This document shows, piece after piece, positions 52,795 to 64,000 of a DNA stretch of 64,000 nucleotides. Under the pieces are notes generated by a model. It had not been told where the DNA came from. It ran no database searches and was given only the letters and a program-made list of their open reading frames with translations. The position numbers and the translations under genes are program-made. Origin of the DNA: Salpingoeca rosetta (lineage: Eukaryota; Protista; Choanoflagellata). Position 1 is the first letter of the stretch. The number at the start of each line of letters is the position of its first letter. Where the stretch lies: the NCBI GenBank assembly GCA_033442325.1, contig JAWQFM010000010.1, positions 625,382 through 689,381 of the forward strand. Reading direction: 5' to 3'.

Positions 52795-53151
52795 AGGCGA
52801 ATAACGTGAAGGAAGAGGCGAAGGTGAAGGCAAAGGGGGCGAATGTCATGGTTGCGGTGATTGCAGAGAGGTTTCATGGAGAGGGTGAGCAGTTGTGGGG
52901 TGGAATTCGCGTAGACATTGCCATGTTAGCTGATTTGATTGATGGGGCCGATTGATGAGGTTGATGAGAGCTTTTCTGTTAGCTTTGCCGTGTTGTTGAC
53001 GGCGTTGAGTCAAGGGACAGTCATTGTGGTTTCCTACATCTGCTTGCCTCTGCTTGTTGTTTTCTCACTTTGTCCACGGCTACCTTCGCTCCGCTCCCTC
53101 TTTGTGTACGTGTGGTCTACCTTTTATTTGCTTTGCTTCCACCCCTTTCAG

Positions 53152-53268
<117 letters not shown>

Positions 53269-53600
53269 ACGTTTATTGTTCTCATTGGAGGTGGGATGCT
53301 GCCTTTGCTGTGTATTGTTTGTCGCTTGGTGGTGCGTGCTGTGGCTGGGTGGCGCGAGCTCGCAACCCAGCTTAAGAGCTTCGCCCACAACAAACAAACA
53401 GAACAAGCAAGCTAAACCAAACACCTTCATTGTGGACATTTCATGAATGTGTAAGAAAATTTTCGGCGATAACGGTAACCGCCAACCGTTTGAAAAGCCA
53501 CTCTCAATCCACAACAGACAGCAGCGACTCAAAGAGTCCACCAGCCAGCCAGCCACCTCAACTACAGCATCCATCACCCACGCAGCGAGAGCAGCCCAGG

Positions 53601-64000
<10,400 letters not shown>

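Overview
Intron-rich, gene-dense eukaryotic DNA full of (GT)n/(CA)n microsatellites. Gene content and style suggest a choanoflagellate, probably Salpingoeca rosetta (inference). The main structure is at ~120-11,920: a large inverted repeat. Each arm carries an intact tRNA-Thr(CGT) gene followed inward by a tandem array of tRNA 3'-halves (anticodon loop, T-arm/B-box, 3' acceptor strand, oligo-T, then a CT-rich spacer), with 14 copies on the left and 6 on the right. The arms enclose a single immune-receptor-like ROCO gene (LRR-ankyrin-ROC-COR-TIR-SAM) that has four 84-nt same-phase LRR exons and a duplicated P-loop exon. Further right are a CHCHD1/mS37-like gene, an intronless phage-type Holliday-junction-resolvase gene, WDR82, RhoGDI, FIP1, SLC25A19, cyclin F, a LARGE-like glycosyltransferase, CCDC124, a short STX8-like SNARE, TRMT1, a signal peptide-C2-EGFx10-TM protein and NCAPG2 (runs off the window). 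There are three assembly gaps. Exon structures were read by eye and are approximate.
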